Shown: one piece after another, positions 34,730 through 46,379 of the stretch
Numbering within the stretch: position 1 is the first letter of the stretch
How the letters are laid out: each line of letters opens with the position of its first letter
From: Felis catus
Taxonomy: Eukaryota
Reading direction: 5' to 3'
NCBI RefSeq assembly: GCF_018350175.1
Contig: NC_058369.1
Location: 163,370,001 to 163,434,000 of the forward strand
DNA: 64,000 nt
The notes under the pieces: generated by a model
The model's database searches: none
The model's input: the letters and a program-made list of their open reading frames with translations, nothing else
What the model was told of the DNA's origin: nothing
Program-made: the position numbers and the translations under genes

Positions 34730-35170
34730 GCACGGTCGGGCTAGGCTGATGGCAGCTCCCAGACATGTCCATACCCTAACGCTCAGAACTTGTCAGTGTT
34801 ACCTTATTAGGAGAAAAGACCTTTGCGGAGGTAATTAGATTAAGGATCTTGAGATGGGGAGATTATCCTGGATTATCCTGTGAGCTCTAAACGCCATCAC
34901 AAGTGACCTTATAAGAGGGAGGCAGGAGACTGCACGCACACACAGGAGAAAGTGATGTGAAGCTGGAGAGAGAGAGAGACGGGGCAGAGCGGCCACCAGA
35001 AGCTGAAAGCAAGGGACAGATTCTCCCCTAGAGCCTCTGGAGGGAGTAGGGCGCTGCCTAAACCTCGATTTAGAAGTTCTGGCCTCCGGAACTGTGGGAG
35101 AACAAATCGCTATTGTTTTAAGTCACCCAGTTGGTGATAATTGTTACAGTAGCCACCGGCAACGAATACA
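34730..35170 (+). mobile_element. MLT1D-like MaLR solo LTR
   Basis: ttaaggatcttgagatggggagattatcctggattatcc...ttgttacagtagcc...gaataca. Confidence 0.88.
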
Positions 35171-35322
35171 ACCCTACCACAGTGATAGCCTCGTGGTCAC
35201 ATTGTACCTGTCGTGCAAGATGTTACCATCGGGGAAAACCGGAGGAGGAATACACGGGGCCTCTCTGCCTTATTGCTTACAACTTCATGTGAATGTACAA
35301 TTATCCCAAAATAAAAAGTTCA

Positions 35323-35438
35323 GGGGCGCCTGGCTGACTCACTTGGGAGAGCATGCGACTCTTGACCTTGGGGTTGTGAGTTTGAGCCCCACATTGGGCG
35401 TACGGCTTACTTAAAAAAAGTTAATTAAAAAAAAAAAC
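35323..35438 (+). mobile_element. Short Can-SINE
   Basis: ggggcgcctggctgactcac...gtgagtttgagccccacattggg followed by an A tail. Confidence 0.8.
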
Positions 35439-35599
35439 AGAGAAGGGAGATGAGAAGTTTGCCTTGAAGGGAGGGGGACACCAAGTGCACAGCCCCTGGA
35501 TTTACGGGTCTGGTGTGTTAGAGGAGGCTGCAATGTAGTTGGAGGGTCCCGAGGTCCCCGAGGTCCCGGCATCTGCGTGTATGGGGGGGGGGGGGTGAG

Positions 35600-37000
35600 G
35601 CATGCAGGGCCTTGTGGGCTATTTTGAAGGCTTTGTGTCCTACTCTGAATGAGATGGGAAACCGCTGGAGGATTTGAGCAAGGACAGACAGGATGGACCC
35701 ATGTGGCTGCCATGCCGAGCAACCCCCGTGAGGGGTAAGCCGGGAGGATGCTGAGATGCATTCATCACGAATTAGGAGGAAAGCAGGAAGCATGTGGTGT
35801 CCTGGAAGGCGAGTCGAGGACACATTCTAGGGCGAAAGGAGTGATCGGTTGGGTCGGATACCGTGGATGACCTCTCAAGGGGAAGCCTGGGAATCGGCCA
35901 TAGGCTACAGCAGTGAAGCAGCCATCGGCGAACTTGACGACAGGAGCTTTGGTGGGCCCGCAGAGCAAAGCCTGGAGAGCCAACGGGAGAAAAGGAATCA
36001 CAGACACAAATACAGACAACGCTTTAGAGAAATGCGTCGCGAAGGGGAGTAGAAAAGTGGGGCAGTAATTGGAGGAAGAAGGGGGGTGGAGAAGTTTTTC
36101 CCTAAATTGGAGGAATCAGCAGCATGTTTGTAGCTGGGAGGAAAGACAAAGGGGGGGGGGAACCAACGATGATGCTCGGAGGGAGAGAAAGACTCCTGGA
36201 GCAATCTCCTCGCGCAGCTCAAGGGGGAGAGCACGGGCCACGCATCCTCAGTGGCAGTTTTCAACGTGGAATGTACGTTAAAATCATCCGGGGAGGGGCG
36301 CCTGGGTGGCGCAGTCGGCTAAGCGTCCGACTTCAGCCAGGTCACGATCTCGCGGTCCGTGAGTTCGAGCCCCGCGTCGGGCTCTGGGCTGATGGCTCGG
36401 AGCCTGGAGCCTGTTTCCGATTCTGTGTCTCCCTCTCTCTCTGCCCCTCCCCCGTTCATGCTCTGTCTCTCTCTGTCCCAAAAATAAATAAAAAACGTTG
36501 AAAAAAAAATAAAATAAAATCATCCAGGGAGCGTTTCAAGGTCCCCAGACCTAGGCCGCGCTCAGCACATTAAATCGGGGTCTCTGGGATGAGCCGGCAG
36601 AGAACGGAAGGGGAGAAGGAGCATAGAGGCCCAGAGGCTGGCAGTTGCGGGGGCCTACGGGAGCTCTCTGCTCACTGCTGCTATTTCCTCGGTGACATAG
36701 GAGGCACGCTCATCAGCTAATGTTGAGTTCGGGGGAGAAGACTTTGGAGGAGTGAGCAGAGAAGAAGATACGGATGGTGACAGAGGCATGGGAAGGCTGC
36801 GGTTATTGGTAACAATGAGGTCTAGGGTAAGACTATGAAAATGAGTGGCTGAGGCAGGGGATAGAGGACAGAGTCACTGGAGGAGGAGAGGCTTAAGAAA
36901 CGGAGGCCAGGGTGCTGGAAGTTTCCTCTATGTGGACATTCAAGGTATCAAGAATGAAGACTTCAGGGGCGCTGGAGAGAGTGACAGCAAGCTAGGAGGA
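35600..37000 (-). mobile_element. L2 LINE relic (interrupted)
   Basis: gggccttgtgggctattttgaaggctttgtgtcctactctgaatgagatgggaaaccgctggaggatttgagca is L2-like. Confidence 0.6.
36295..36515 (+). mobile_element. Young SINEC_Fc copy
   Basis: Near-consensus body; TSD aaaatcatcc(g/a)gggag. Confidence 0.95.
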
Positions 37001-37659
37001 TACTCTCTTGAACTCAGTCGCTGTAGGTCTGGAGCGGGAGGGGGTACATCTCTACCATCACCCCCACCTTGCACGTTATGCTTTCGCAAAACTGAACTAC
37101 CTAACGGTCCCGGATATTGTGCCAGAAGTCCCATGTCTTGTATTCTGTATCTTATTCTTTCTTGGTCTCTTTTTTGGATGGTACATCTCAATTTTATTCT
37201 GTATGTATGTATTTTGCTAAGACCCTTGCAGTAGTCTCGTTACTGGTGTTCTTGCCTCCAGTCTTGCTCCACTCCACCTGGTCACTTACAAACCCCATGT
37301 CTTCTCCACATTTCCCCCAGAACAGCTTTTTGGATCACCACATCTGACCCGGTCACTTCCTTGCTTAAAACCTTGCAGTGCATCACTGTCCCTGATGCTG
37401 TTGATCACTTTCTGTGCCAGGCACTGTTTTCAATGTTTCATGGTCATCCGAAAGATACATCCTGTCATTGTCCTTATTTTATAGGCGGTGAAACAGAGGC
37501 ACAAGGAGGTTAGATAGTTTGCTCAATGCCTCGTGAAGCTTACACGATCCCAGTGCACAAAGCTTCTCATAATTGACCACCCTCCCTGTACAACTTCATT
37601 TCTCACCATTTCCTCCCACCACGAACTTTATGCTTCAGTGAAGGTGAATTACTTAAAGG

Positions 37660-38110
37660 TCCCAGGATCAGTGAGGCCACCAGCAGGAAGTATATGGCAC
37701 AGAAAGAAGGTTTAATTGAAGAAAGTTAATGAAGGGCCTCTTTATGAGACACGGGCAGGGCTAAGGGAAAATAATGATAATAAGACACCCAGATACAAGC
37801 ACCAAAGGGGGACCAAGGGGACAAAGAAGGGATGATGCTCCCATTACCATGTGGGGGTCAGGGCTGTGGAAGAGGGTCTGCCCGCCCCGGGGCTTCAGGG
37901 CCAAGCGAGCACTGTCAAAACCGTGACAAATCCCCTGATCTATGTTTCCTCCAAACCTATGATCTCCTGCTCAGGCCTCCATTGGTCAAATCCAACTGGA
38001 GGCCAGAAGATGAGAGGGTCTGGAGAGCGGATTCTATAGCGGTCAGCCTCCTGGACACCAGCAGGCGAGAAAAGGATGGAAAATGAATCCGGAGGGGCAG
38101 AGAGAGTCCT
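37660..38110 (-). mobile_element. ERVL-class LTR adjoining the internal relic
   Basis: ccagcaggaagtatatggcac...ctccattggtcaaatccaactggaggccagaag...ggtcagcctcc resembles old ERVL LTRs; subfamily uncertain. Confidence 0.55.
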
Positions 38111-39835
38111 TGTCCTTTCTTTCGACGACTGGATCCTGTGGCCCCCACCCTGGGGAAACACCAAGTCCCATCAGGCATCGACTGCAGTGGGTAGTGTCAG
38201 CTGCGTCATACTTGCAACGCGAATCCAAACGACGGCGTTAGTGGCCAACATTGTTCTTCACGGAAGGCAACAGGGAAAGAGGGGGAAAAGCACCCACTTG
38301 CTGCTGGTTCCAGACCTGGGGTGACACTCCTGGCTCCCTCCTCTCGCTGCCTGCACCGACTTCCTTACCTCTCGGCAGCACTGCGGCCCTCTGGGTTTCA
38401 CTTCTCAGGGTGGTGCAAATCTTCATTCCCACGGAATCCAAATTCTTAGCTGTCCTGTCCTCCCTGAGTCACCGCGGTTTCCTATTGGCCGGTTTTTGGA
38501 CGGGGAGACCCTGCCGCGCTCTGGTGAGTCCTCTGGCTCAGGTAGAGTCCTCCTTATCCCGGCCAGTACAGCGAACCCCATTCGATGCGGGCTCGGTCAA
38601 GAAGCCCACAAGTCACCGACCTGACCTTCCGGTTTAACGGGATCAAGACTGTGCTCTCCGGGGAACCTTCCTTCTCGAGCGCTGAGCCCAGCCTTACGGG
38701 GGAAGCGAACGTTCTGTAAGAGGACTGGTTGGTGAAAAAGCGACGGGGGCCCCTTCGGCCTCCACCCTGGTCCTTGCGCACATCTAACAAACCTAAGTGA
38801 CTATGTCACATCTTCTCTTCAGATCTCCAACATTTCCTCCCCAGGCTATGCTCCAGACCAGTTCGAGACTCCAGGGGCAGCCTGTCAAAGTACAGAACCT
38901 GTGTATTCTGGCCATGGGGGAAACGGCACCGAATACACGTGGTGTCTCCCGGAGAGATCCCATGTACTCCCGCTGGTGCCCCAGCTGAGCCCTCAGCAGG
39001 CCATTTCCTCAGTCCATCCACACAAGTGCCACTGAGTATCTCGGGAGCCGTGCACAGGCCAGGGAATTCCATGGGCATGAACTCAGTGCCACATGCCTTT
39101 TGCCGTAAAACGAGTTTCTTGGCTGGAGATGATGTTGTGTGGGTTACCATGACAATGAGCAGGGCACTCTGAAAATCTCCAAGTGGTGGTGCTGGCACGC
39201 TGCCAGTAAAGAAAAGCAAGTCTGGACCCGGAACAGGACCCCGCTCCTAAGAGAGCAGATTTCTCCATGAAGAAGCAATACAAGTTACCGGCCTGGTCCC
39301 CCAGCTTCCGGAAGGTGCAACCTCGGGGATTCGGGGTTGGTCTTTGCTAGTATTTAGCAGTTTGAGACCTCAATGGAGATGATACCCGTGTGGGTCCTAG
39401 CGAAGGGTACTTACTGAGGATGCACTGCGGTGAGAGGGGAAACGGGCTGACCGACATTCGCGGGAAAGATCGATCCCTTCATTAGCGTGATTAGCAAGCA
39501 TCCCTGCTGGGGTGCTCTGCAGTGGGGGCCCCAGCCGGGAACTTCCATACCTTGTAGCGTCACGTGATGCTCATCCAGGGACTTCCATCTCCATGTAACT
39601 CGTTCCCAGACTTCCTGCTCACAAGCCTTCCGATCTCGACCATCCAAGGTTCCTGACCAGCCAGCGAATCTATGACCCATGACTCATCAGTCAGTGTCGA
39701 CCTTGACCCCAAACCACCTTTCCTCCGAAGCACACAACCAGGTTGGCCAAAATGTGTCTACTGGGAGGCTTTCCCTTCACCACTGTCTTTCAGGGCTGTT
39801 CCTCCCTGTAGCGGTTATCACCTCCTGTGGGGAAC
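38110..39835 (-). mobile_element. ERVL internal relic (integrase and dUTPase remnants)
   Basis: SGSRLAF...STTTWRFSECPAHCHGNPHNIISSQETRFTAKGMWH resembles ERVL integrase (SGYGFAF..KTTIRGLTECLIHRHGIPHSIASDQGTHFTAKEVW). STVLIPLNRKVR resembles ERVL dUTPase (TTMIPLNWKLR). Confidence 0.8.
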
Positions 39836-39843
39836 ACAAAATA

Positions 39844-40447
39844 CAGTAAAACCTTGGATTTCGACCACCTCGTTCTGCGAGTGTTCCCCAAGACGAGCAA
39901 ACATTTCTAATCAATCTTAACTTGAAAAACAAGAGATGCCTTGCAATCCGAGTACTACGTGATGCCAGATGTCACACGATCACCACTGAGCCAATGGTCC
40001 TTCTCTCTCCGGCTGCGGGATTGTGGGTGATCGCCAACGCGATGTCACGGTTCCGCAAAATCCTCAAAAAAAGGCAAAAGCAGGGGCCATTGGATAAGGT
40101 TGCAGGAGAAGAAAAAGGTTCCATTGAGCCAATAGAGAGCGGTGATTCCTTTCGTGATAGTGAAAGTCGTCCTACACAATAGCCCTCCTCTCTTTCCCTC
40201 ACACCAGCCATGAAGGCTTTCAAAGGGAAGTGCAGGTTGTTTATTGTTCTTTATATTTTGTATTTTCTTTATTCTTTTGTATTATGTCATAGTATTGTAA
40301 TCATTCTTATATGAATATTTTGGGTTGTAGAACGAATCATCTGAGTTTCCATTATTTCTTATGGGGAAATTCGCTTTGGTATACAAGTGCTTTGGATTAC
40401 AAGCATGCTCCTGGAACGCATTATGCTCGCAAACCAAGGTTTTACTG
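39844..40447 (+). mobile_element. TcMar-Tigger non-autonomous element with intact TIRs
   Basis: 21-bp TIRs cagtaaaaccttggatttcga / tcgcaaaccaaggttttactg (2 mismatches), TA on both sides, and transposase C-terminal remnant NAMSRFRKILKKRQKQ. Confidence 0.9.
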
Positions 40448-40459
40448 TATGTGAATATA

Positions 40460-40518
40460 TATTCACGTGTGAACATAATGTGTTGGTTCTGTTTTTCTGG
40501 AGGACCCTGACTAATATA
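40460..40518 (+). mobile_element. MLT2-type LTR 3' end fragment
   Basis: ttggttctgtttttctggaggaccctgactaatata. Confidence 0.65.
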
Positions 40519-40811
40519 CTTCCCCAAATTCCCTTGTGTCCCTTAGGGGATACATCCCTCTCTATCTCCTTCTCCCCATCCCCAGGCAACCACTATCATT
40601 ACAGCTCAGTTTTCATTTTCTAGAATTTTATATAAATCAGATCATATGCTATGTGCTCTTTTTTGGTCTGGCTTCTATCACTCAGCACAATTATTTCGAG
40701 ATTCATTTGTGTAGTTGTATGAATCAATAGCTTGTTCCTTTTCATTGCTGAGTAGTATTCCAGGAGATACACTTGTTGGTGAACATTTGAGTTGTTTCCA
40801 GGTTGGGGCTA

Positions 40812-41018
40812 TTTTTTTTTTAAGTTTATTTATTTTGAGAGACAGAGACAGCGTGAGTAGGAGAGTGACAGAGAGAGAGGGAGAGAGAGAATCCCAAGCA
40901 GGTTCCACACCATCAGCACAGAGCCCGATGCAAGGCTCGAACCCACAAAACTGTGAGGTCATGACCTGAGCTGAGACCAAGAGTCAGACAGTTAACCAAC
41001 TGAGCCACCCAGGAGCCC
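40812..41018 (-). mobile_element. Can-SINE
   Basis: Antisense; ggggctatt flanks. Confidence 0.92.
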
Positions 41019-41025
41019 TGGGGCT

Positions 41026-41243
41026 ATTTTTTTTTTTAATGTTTATTTATTTTTGAGAGACAGAGAGAGACAGCATGAGTGGGGGGGGGGCAGAGAAAGA
41101 GGGAGACATAGAACATGAAGCAGGCTCCAGGCTCTGAGCCATCAGCACAGAGCCGGATGCCGGATCGAACCCACAGACCATGAGATCATGACCTGAGCCG
41201 AAGTCGGAGGCTTAACCAACTGAGCCACCCAGGCACCCGCCCC
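41026..41243 (-). mobile_element. Can-SINE
   Basis: Antisense; ggggctatt flanks. Confidence 0.92.
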
Positions 41244-42452
41244 GGGGCTATTATTAAAAAAAACTGCTCTGGACATTCTTGTGTAAGTCTCTCCAAAGAC
41301 ACATGTTTTTCTCTTGGGCAAATACCTAAATGAGGAATGGGTGGGACACATGTCTCATTTTTAAATCAACTACCAACCATGTTCCCAAGTGGCTATTATT
41401 GAGCAGGGGGAGTTTTCGTGGTTCCCCCTCTTCACCAACACTTGATACAGTCAGTGTTTTTATTGTAGCCATTTCCGTGGGTGTGTAGTGGTATCTCGTT
41501 TTAACTTGCGTTTATGTTTCTTAGGGACTATTGATGGTGAGCACCTTTTCATGTGCTCATTTGCCATCTGTCTATCTTCTTTGGTCAGGTGTTCATTCAG
41601 ATGTTTTGCTCATTGGTTTGGAGCACACGCCTGGTAGTTTTTATTGAATTCTGGACATTGGATTTGAAAAAGAGGCTGTGGGTTTTATGTTTCAGTTTTT
41701 TACTGGCAGCCAGATACAATGTAGGCAAACCACCCTGATCCAGGGAAGGATGGGCTTCCGGCTTTGAGCAGTGGCCTGCTTTTGGTACATTGCCAGTCCC
41801 GCAGCACAGCCTTCAGCATCGTGCCCGGCAAGCTGGGGGTGTCCTGTGCCCTCCGTGTTCTCTCCTGGTGGGCACAGAGCCCCCCTGTTCTGTCTCCCCC
41901 ACCTGCTGAGATTGCTGAAATGACTGCTTTTAAGCCTCGAGACAGATGCTTTCTGTTTCATTTCTCATCATCTTGTTCCAGAAGGCCCAGGAGACTTGTG
42001 GGTGTGGCCACAAGCAGGGGCGGGGAGGGGGGGGGGGGCTCTCAGCTCCAGGGGTGTCACAACCTTCCTTCCCGAGCCTGGACTCTCTAGCATTTTAGGA
42101 GACTTCTGGCGAATCTGTGGAAGCCCGCACTTCTAACTTCGAAAGCACCTGTGGAGGGCAGCTGGCTCCTCCCACTGGAGTCTGTCTGGCCCAACACAGG
42201 CGTCCTGCCTCGATCGGGATGTTCCTTGCTCTTCTAACAGTAGGGATCCTACCGGGAAGGTGCCCGAGAAGGGACAGGGACGCGGCAGAGTGTGCTGGTG
42301 GCAGGATAGGGACGAGGGGCTTTACCACCCTCCCGGCCCTTTCAGTCTAGAGCTATCCTCTCAATAAGAGGAACCTGGCTGGCTTGGCCTCGGGATTCAA
42401 GTTTTACCTGCTGCTCTACCTGAGCAGGTCTTGCTGGGGTGGGGGCGGACAC

Positions 42453-42468
42453 GCGCCCCCTAGTGGCC
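42453..42468 (-). promoter_or_regulatory. CTCF motif
   Basis: Minus strand GGCCACTAGGGGGCGC matches the CTCF core consensus. Confidence 0.7.
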
Positions 42469-42556
42469 CCCACGGGAAGATGACCGCGCTCAGCTGTGGA
42501 TGCTGGCAGGAGGGGGTGGGGAGGGCGGGGAGTTTCAGTAAAAAAATTGAACAGGA

Positions 42557-42764
42557 GGGGCACCTGGGTGGCTCAGTCAGTTAAGTGTCGGACTTTGGCT
42601 CAGGTCATGATGTCACTGCTGGTGAGTTCTAGTCCCGCATCAGGCTCTGGGCTGACAGCTCAGGGCCTGGAGCCTGCTTTGGATCCTGTGGCTCTCTCTG
42701 CCCCTCCCTCACTCACATTGTCTCTCTCTCAAAAATACTCATTTTTTTAAATTAAAAAAAAAAA
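42557..42764 (+). mobile_element. Can-SINE
   Basis: TSD aaaaaattgaacagga. Confidence 0.93.
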
Positions 42765-42832
42765 ATTGAACAGGAAACCTCTTTAAACAGCCCTTGAATG
42801 CCCTTGTGCTTTGTCTTTTTAAAAAACCTTTA

Positions 42833-43052
42833 GGGGCACCTGGGTGGCGCAGTCGGTTAAGCGTCCGACTTCAGACAGGCCACGACCTTGCGGTCCGTGA
42901 GTTCGAGCCCCGCGTCCGGCTCCGGGCTGATGGCTCAGAGCCTGGAGCCTGTTTCCGATTCTGTGTCTCCCTCTCTCTCTGCCCCTCGCCCGTTCATGCT
43001 CTGTCTCTCTCTGCCCCAAAAATAAATAAACGTTGAAAAAAAAATTAAAAAA
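42833..43052 (+). mobile_element. Young SINEC_Fc copy
   Basis: Diagnostic young body; TSD aaaaaccttta. Confidence 0.94.
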
Positions 43053-43229
43053 CCTTTAACTTTTTTGTATGAAAAACTTAGCTTACATACAAGTAGACTG
43101 GCTGGTTTAATGAACCCCGCCCCCCCCCCCTCCCCGGGAGCCATTGCTCAGCTTGCACTCACTGTTGGTTCTGTTTCATCTATGCTCCTAAGCACTCCCC
43201 TTCCTTGGATTTTTTTCTTTTTCTCTTTT

Positions 43230-43469
43230 TAGTGTTTTTTAATGTTTATATATATTTTTTTATTTTATTTTTTTATTTTTATTTTTTTTGAGAGGGCGAG
43301 AGACACAGAGGGGCAGAGAGAGAGGGAAACAGAGGGAGGGAGACAGAATCCGAAGCAGGCTCCAGGCTCCGAGCTGCCAGCCCAGAGCCCAACTCGGGGC
43401 TCGAACCCACATACCGCGAGATCATGCCCTGAGCCAGTCAGATGCTTGACTGAGCCACCCAGGTGCCCC
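43230..43469 (-). mobile_element. Can-SINE
   Basis: Antisense body. Confidence 0.9.
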
Positions 43470-43473
43470 TGAA

Positions 43474-43700
43474 TTTTTTTTTTTTAATTTTTTTTTTCAA
43501 CGTTTATTTATTTTTGGGACAGAGAGAGACAGAGCATGAACGGGGGAGGGGCAGAGAGAGAGGGAGACACAGAATCGGAAACAGGCTCCAGGCTCGGAGC
43601 CATCAGCCCGGAGCCTGACGCGGGGCTCGAACTCACGGACCGCGAGATCGTGACCTGGCTGAAGTCGGACGCTTAACCGACTGCGCCACCCAGGCGCCCC
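43474..43700 (-). mobile_element. Young SINEC_Fc copy
   Basis: Near-consensus antisense body; tgaatttt flanks. Confidence 0.94.
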
Positions 43701-43709
43701 GTGAATTTT

Positions 43710-43803
43710 CTTTTTAAGTAAACTCGACACCCTACCTGGCCTCGAACTTACTACCCAAGATCAAGAGTCGCATGCTTCACCAGCTGAGCCAGCCAGGAGC
43801 CCC
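43710..43803 (-). mobile_element. Short Can-SINE
   Basis: ctcgaacttactacccaagatcaagagtcgcatgct...ccaggagcccc. Confidence 0.8.
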
Positions 43804-43948
43804 TCCTTATATTTTCTTAAAGAAAATCCTTGACTTCATATTATTTCATCTGTAAATGTTTCAGTGTGTAGCTCTAAAAAGTAGGTTTGTCTTTTAATTT
43901 AATAGGTAATTTAAAAATAATTTTAAAAATGTTTTTAATATATAAAGA

Positions 43949-44165
43949 TTTTTTTTTAATTTTAATTTTATTTTTGAGAGAGAGAAAGAAAGAGAGAGTG
44001 CAAGCAGGGGAGGTGAAGAGAGAAAGGGAGACACAGGATCTGAAGCTGGCTCCGGGCTCTGAGCTGTCAGCATAGAGCCTGACCTAGGGCCTGAGCTCAT
44101 GAGCTGCGAGATCATGACCTGAGCTGAAGTTGGACGCTCAACCGACTGAGCCACCCAGGCGCCCC
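43949..44165 (-). mobile_element. Can-SINE
   Basis: TSD tatataaagatttt. Confidence 0.92.
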
Positions 44166-44169
44166 AGTA

Positions 44170-44445
44170 TATAAAGATTTTATGAAAAACCTTAAACATC
44201 TATTTTATAAAACATTAAAAGTTTTAAAAACTAAAATTATAAAAATACAAAATATTTTAAATATTTAAAAATAATATAAAAATATGAAACATGAAGATAT
44301 AGACACATAAAATATTTAATAAAAATTAAAATATTTTATATAAATGTATTTAAATGCACCTAGTACATAAAATATATAAATGTATTTATTACACAAATAG
44401 AATATATAAATATAAAATAAAAGTTTTTAAAATATAAAACCTTAA
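44170..44445. repeat. AT-rich low-complexity tract
   Basis: Almost entirely A/T. Confidence 0.85.
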
Positions 44446-44543
44446 TACCATCATCACACCTAAAAAATTAACTTTTTAAATTTTATCAAATACTCAGTAT
44501 TTAAATATCTAATTGACAAATGTCATTTTAAAAATATCTTGTT

Positions 44544-44761
44544 GGGGCGCCTGGGTGGCTCAGTCGGTTGAGCGTCCGACTTCGGCTCAGGTCATGATCT
44601 CACGTTCCGTGAGTTCGAGCCCCACGTCGGGCTCTGTGCTGACAGCTCAGAGCCTGGAGCCTGTTTCGGATTCTGTGTCTCCCTCTCTCTGACCCTCCAC
44701 TGTTCATGCTCTGTCTCTCTCTGTCTCAAAAATAAATAAACGTTAAAAAAAATTAAAAAAA
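44544..44761 (+). mobile_element. Can-SINE
   Basis: atatcttgtt on both flanks. Confidence 0.94.
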
Positions 44762-44797
44762 TATATATCTTGTTTGTTTGGATCAGGATTCAAAGTA

Positions 44798-45001
44798 TTT
44801 TTTTTTAAGTTTATCCATTTTTGAGAGAGAGAGAGAGAGAGAGCAAGCCAGCAGGGGAGGGGCAGAGAGGGGGACAGAGGATATGGAGCAGGTTCTGGGC
44901 TGAGAGCAGAGAGCCTGACACGGGGCTCGAACCCATGAACCGTGAGATCATGACCTGAGCCAAAGCTGGACGCTTCATCGACCGAGCCACCCAGATGCCC
45001 C
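44798..45001 (-). mobile_element. Can-SINE
   Basis: TSD atcaggattcaaa. Confidence 0.92.
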
Positions 45002-45172
45002 TGAATCAGGATTCAAATAAGTTCACGTGTTGAAATCGCTGGGTACGTCTGTCAGGCTTCTTTTACCCCGTAGGTTTCTTGACTCAGTGTGTGTTTGTGT
45101 GTGTGCATGCACGAGCACACGCACCTGTGAAGGAACTGGGTCATTTGCCCTGTAGGGTGTCTCCCAGCCTGG

Positions 45173-45175
<3 letters not shown>

Positions 45176-45214
<39 letters not shown>

Positions 45215-45410
45215 CAGTTTTTTCATGTTTATTTTTGAGAGAGAAAAGAGGCAGAGCATGAGTGGGGGAGGGGCAGAGAGCGAGGGAGACAGAGAATCCG
45301 AAGCAGGCTCCGGGCTCCGAGCTGTCGGCACAGAGCCCGACGCGGGGCTCATGAGATCCTGACCTGAGCCCGAGGTTCGATGCTTAACCGACTGGGCCCC
45401 CCAGGCGCCC
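45176..45410 (-). mobile_element. Can-SINE
   Basis: TSD ctcccagcc(t/c)gggtctt. Confidence 0.92.
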
Positions 45411-45982
45411 CTCCCAGCCCGGGTCTTGCTGGTTGCACCACGGGGAGGCCGTGCCGTGTTCTTCCATCAGGAGATAACACACCGGTTATCTCTTTTGCTA
45501 ACCGTAACAGCAACTGACGATCCACGTGAGTTTCATTAATTCAGCGCTTGATTTTACGTGGCTCCCCCTTTCTGGTTCTGGTTTTGGAGATACAAGAGAA
45601 GGATGAGACGCGGTCCTCAGCGTCCTCAGGCTCCACTCTCCCCAAACTCCGCTGTGGTTTTCCCCAGCCCTGCCCACCGTGGGTCAGCCAGGATGTTTCC
45701 TGATCCCGGCACTCCTGACAGGTGATGCCAAATACCTGTGGCGCGAAGGAATGAGTGAATGAACGGGATGACGGCCTCCACTGCTCCACGGATTGTCCCT
45801 GCGAGTGCCCTGAGCTCTCAGCAGGGTTACGGACTTGGGCTGGGAAAGGCCAGGAGAGGAAATGTCTTATGGCAGGCAAGCTTTGACGGTATCCCTCAAC
45901 CCACGTGACCGGTCGGCGACCAGGGCTGAGGAGGGAACACATTGTTCTGAGGGTGGGCTCTGAATAGAACCTTCTGGAGCAC

Positions 45983-46170
45983 GGGGCGCCTGGGTGGCTC
46001 AGTCGGTTGAGCATCCAACTTCGGCTCAGGTCACGATCTCACGGCTCCTGAGGTCATGAGTTCGAGCCCCCCCCCCCCCCCCCCACTGCCGTGGGGCTAG
46101 CTGCTGTCAGCAAAGGAGCGCGCTTCAGATCCTCGGTCCCCTCACTCTCTGCCCTGCCCCCACTAGCACG

Positions 46171-46218
<48 letters not shown>

Positions 46219-46245
46219 AACAAATAAACATTGAAAAAGAAGAAA
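45983..46245 (+). mobile_element. Can-SINE with internal poly-C expansion
   Basis: Head and (CT)n tract; imperfect TSD gaaccttctggagcac / gaagcttccggagcac. Confidence 0.9.
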
Positions 46246-46379
46246 TCAAAGAAGCTTCCGGAGCACAAGGGAATAAGAATGTATTAAGAGCAGGGGGTTT
46301 TCAGTCTGGCTGGCAGACGGGTTTAGCTATCAGCTTCACCACTTAATCTGCTGTGTGACATTGAGCAAGTTACGGACTC

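Larger units (their letters stand above)
40520..41645 (-). mobile_element. L1M fragment interrupted by two SINEs
   Basis: tagaattttatataaatcagatcatatg...ttcattgctgagtagtattcc...gagcaccttttcatgtgctcatttgccat. Confidence 0.8.
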
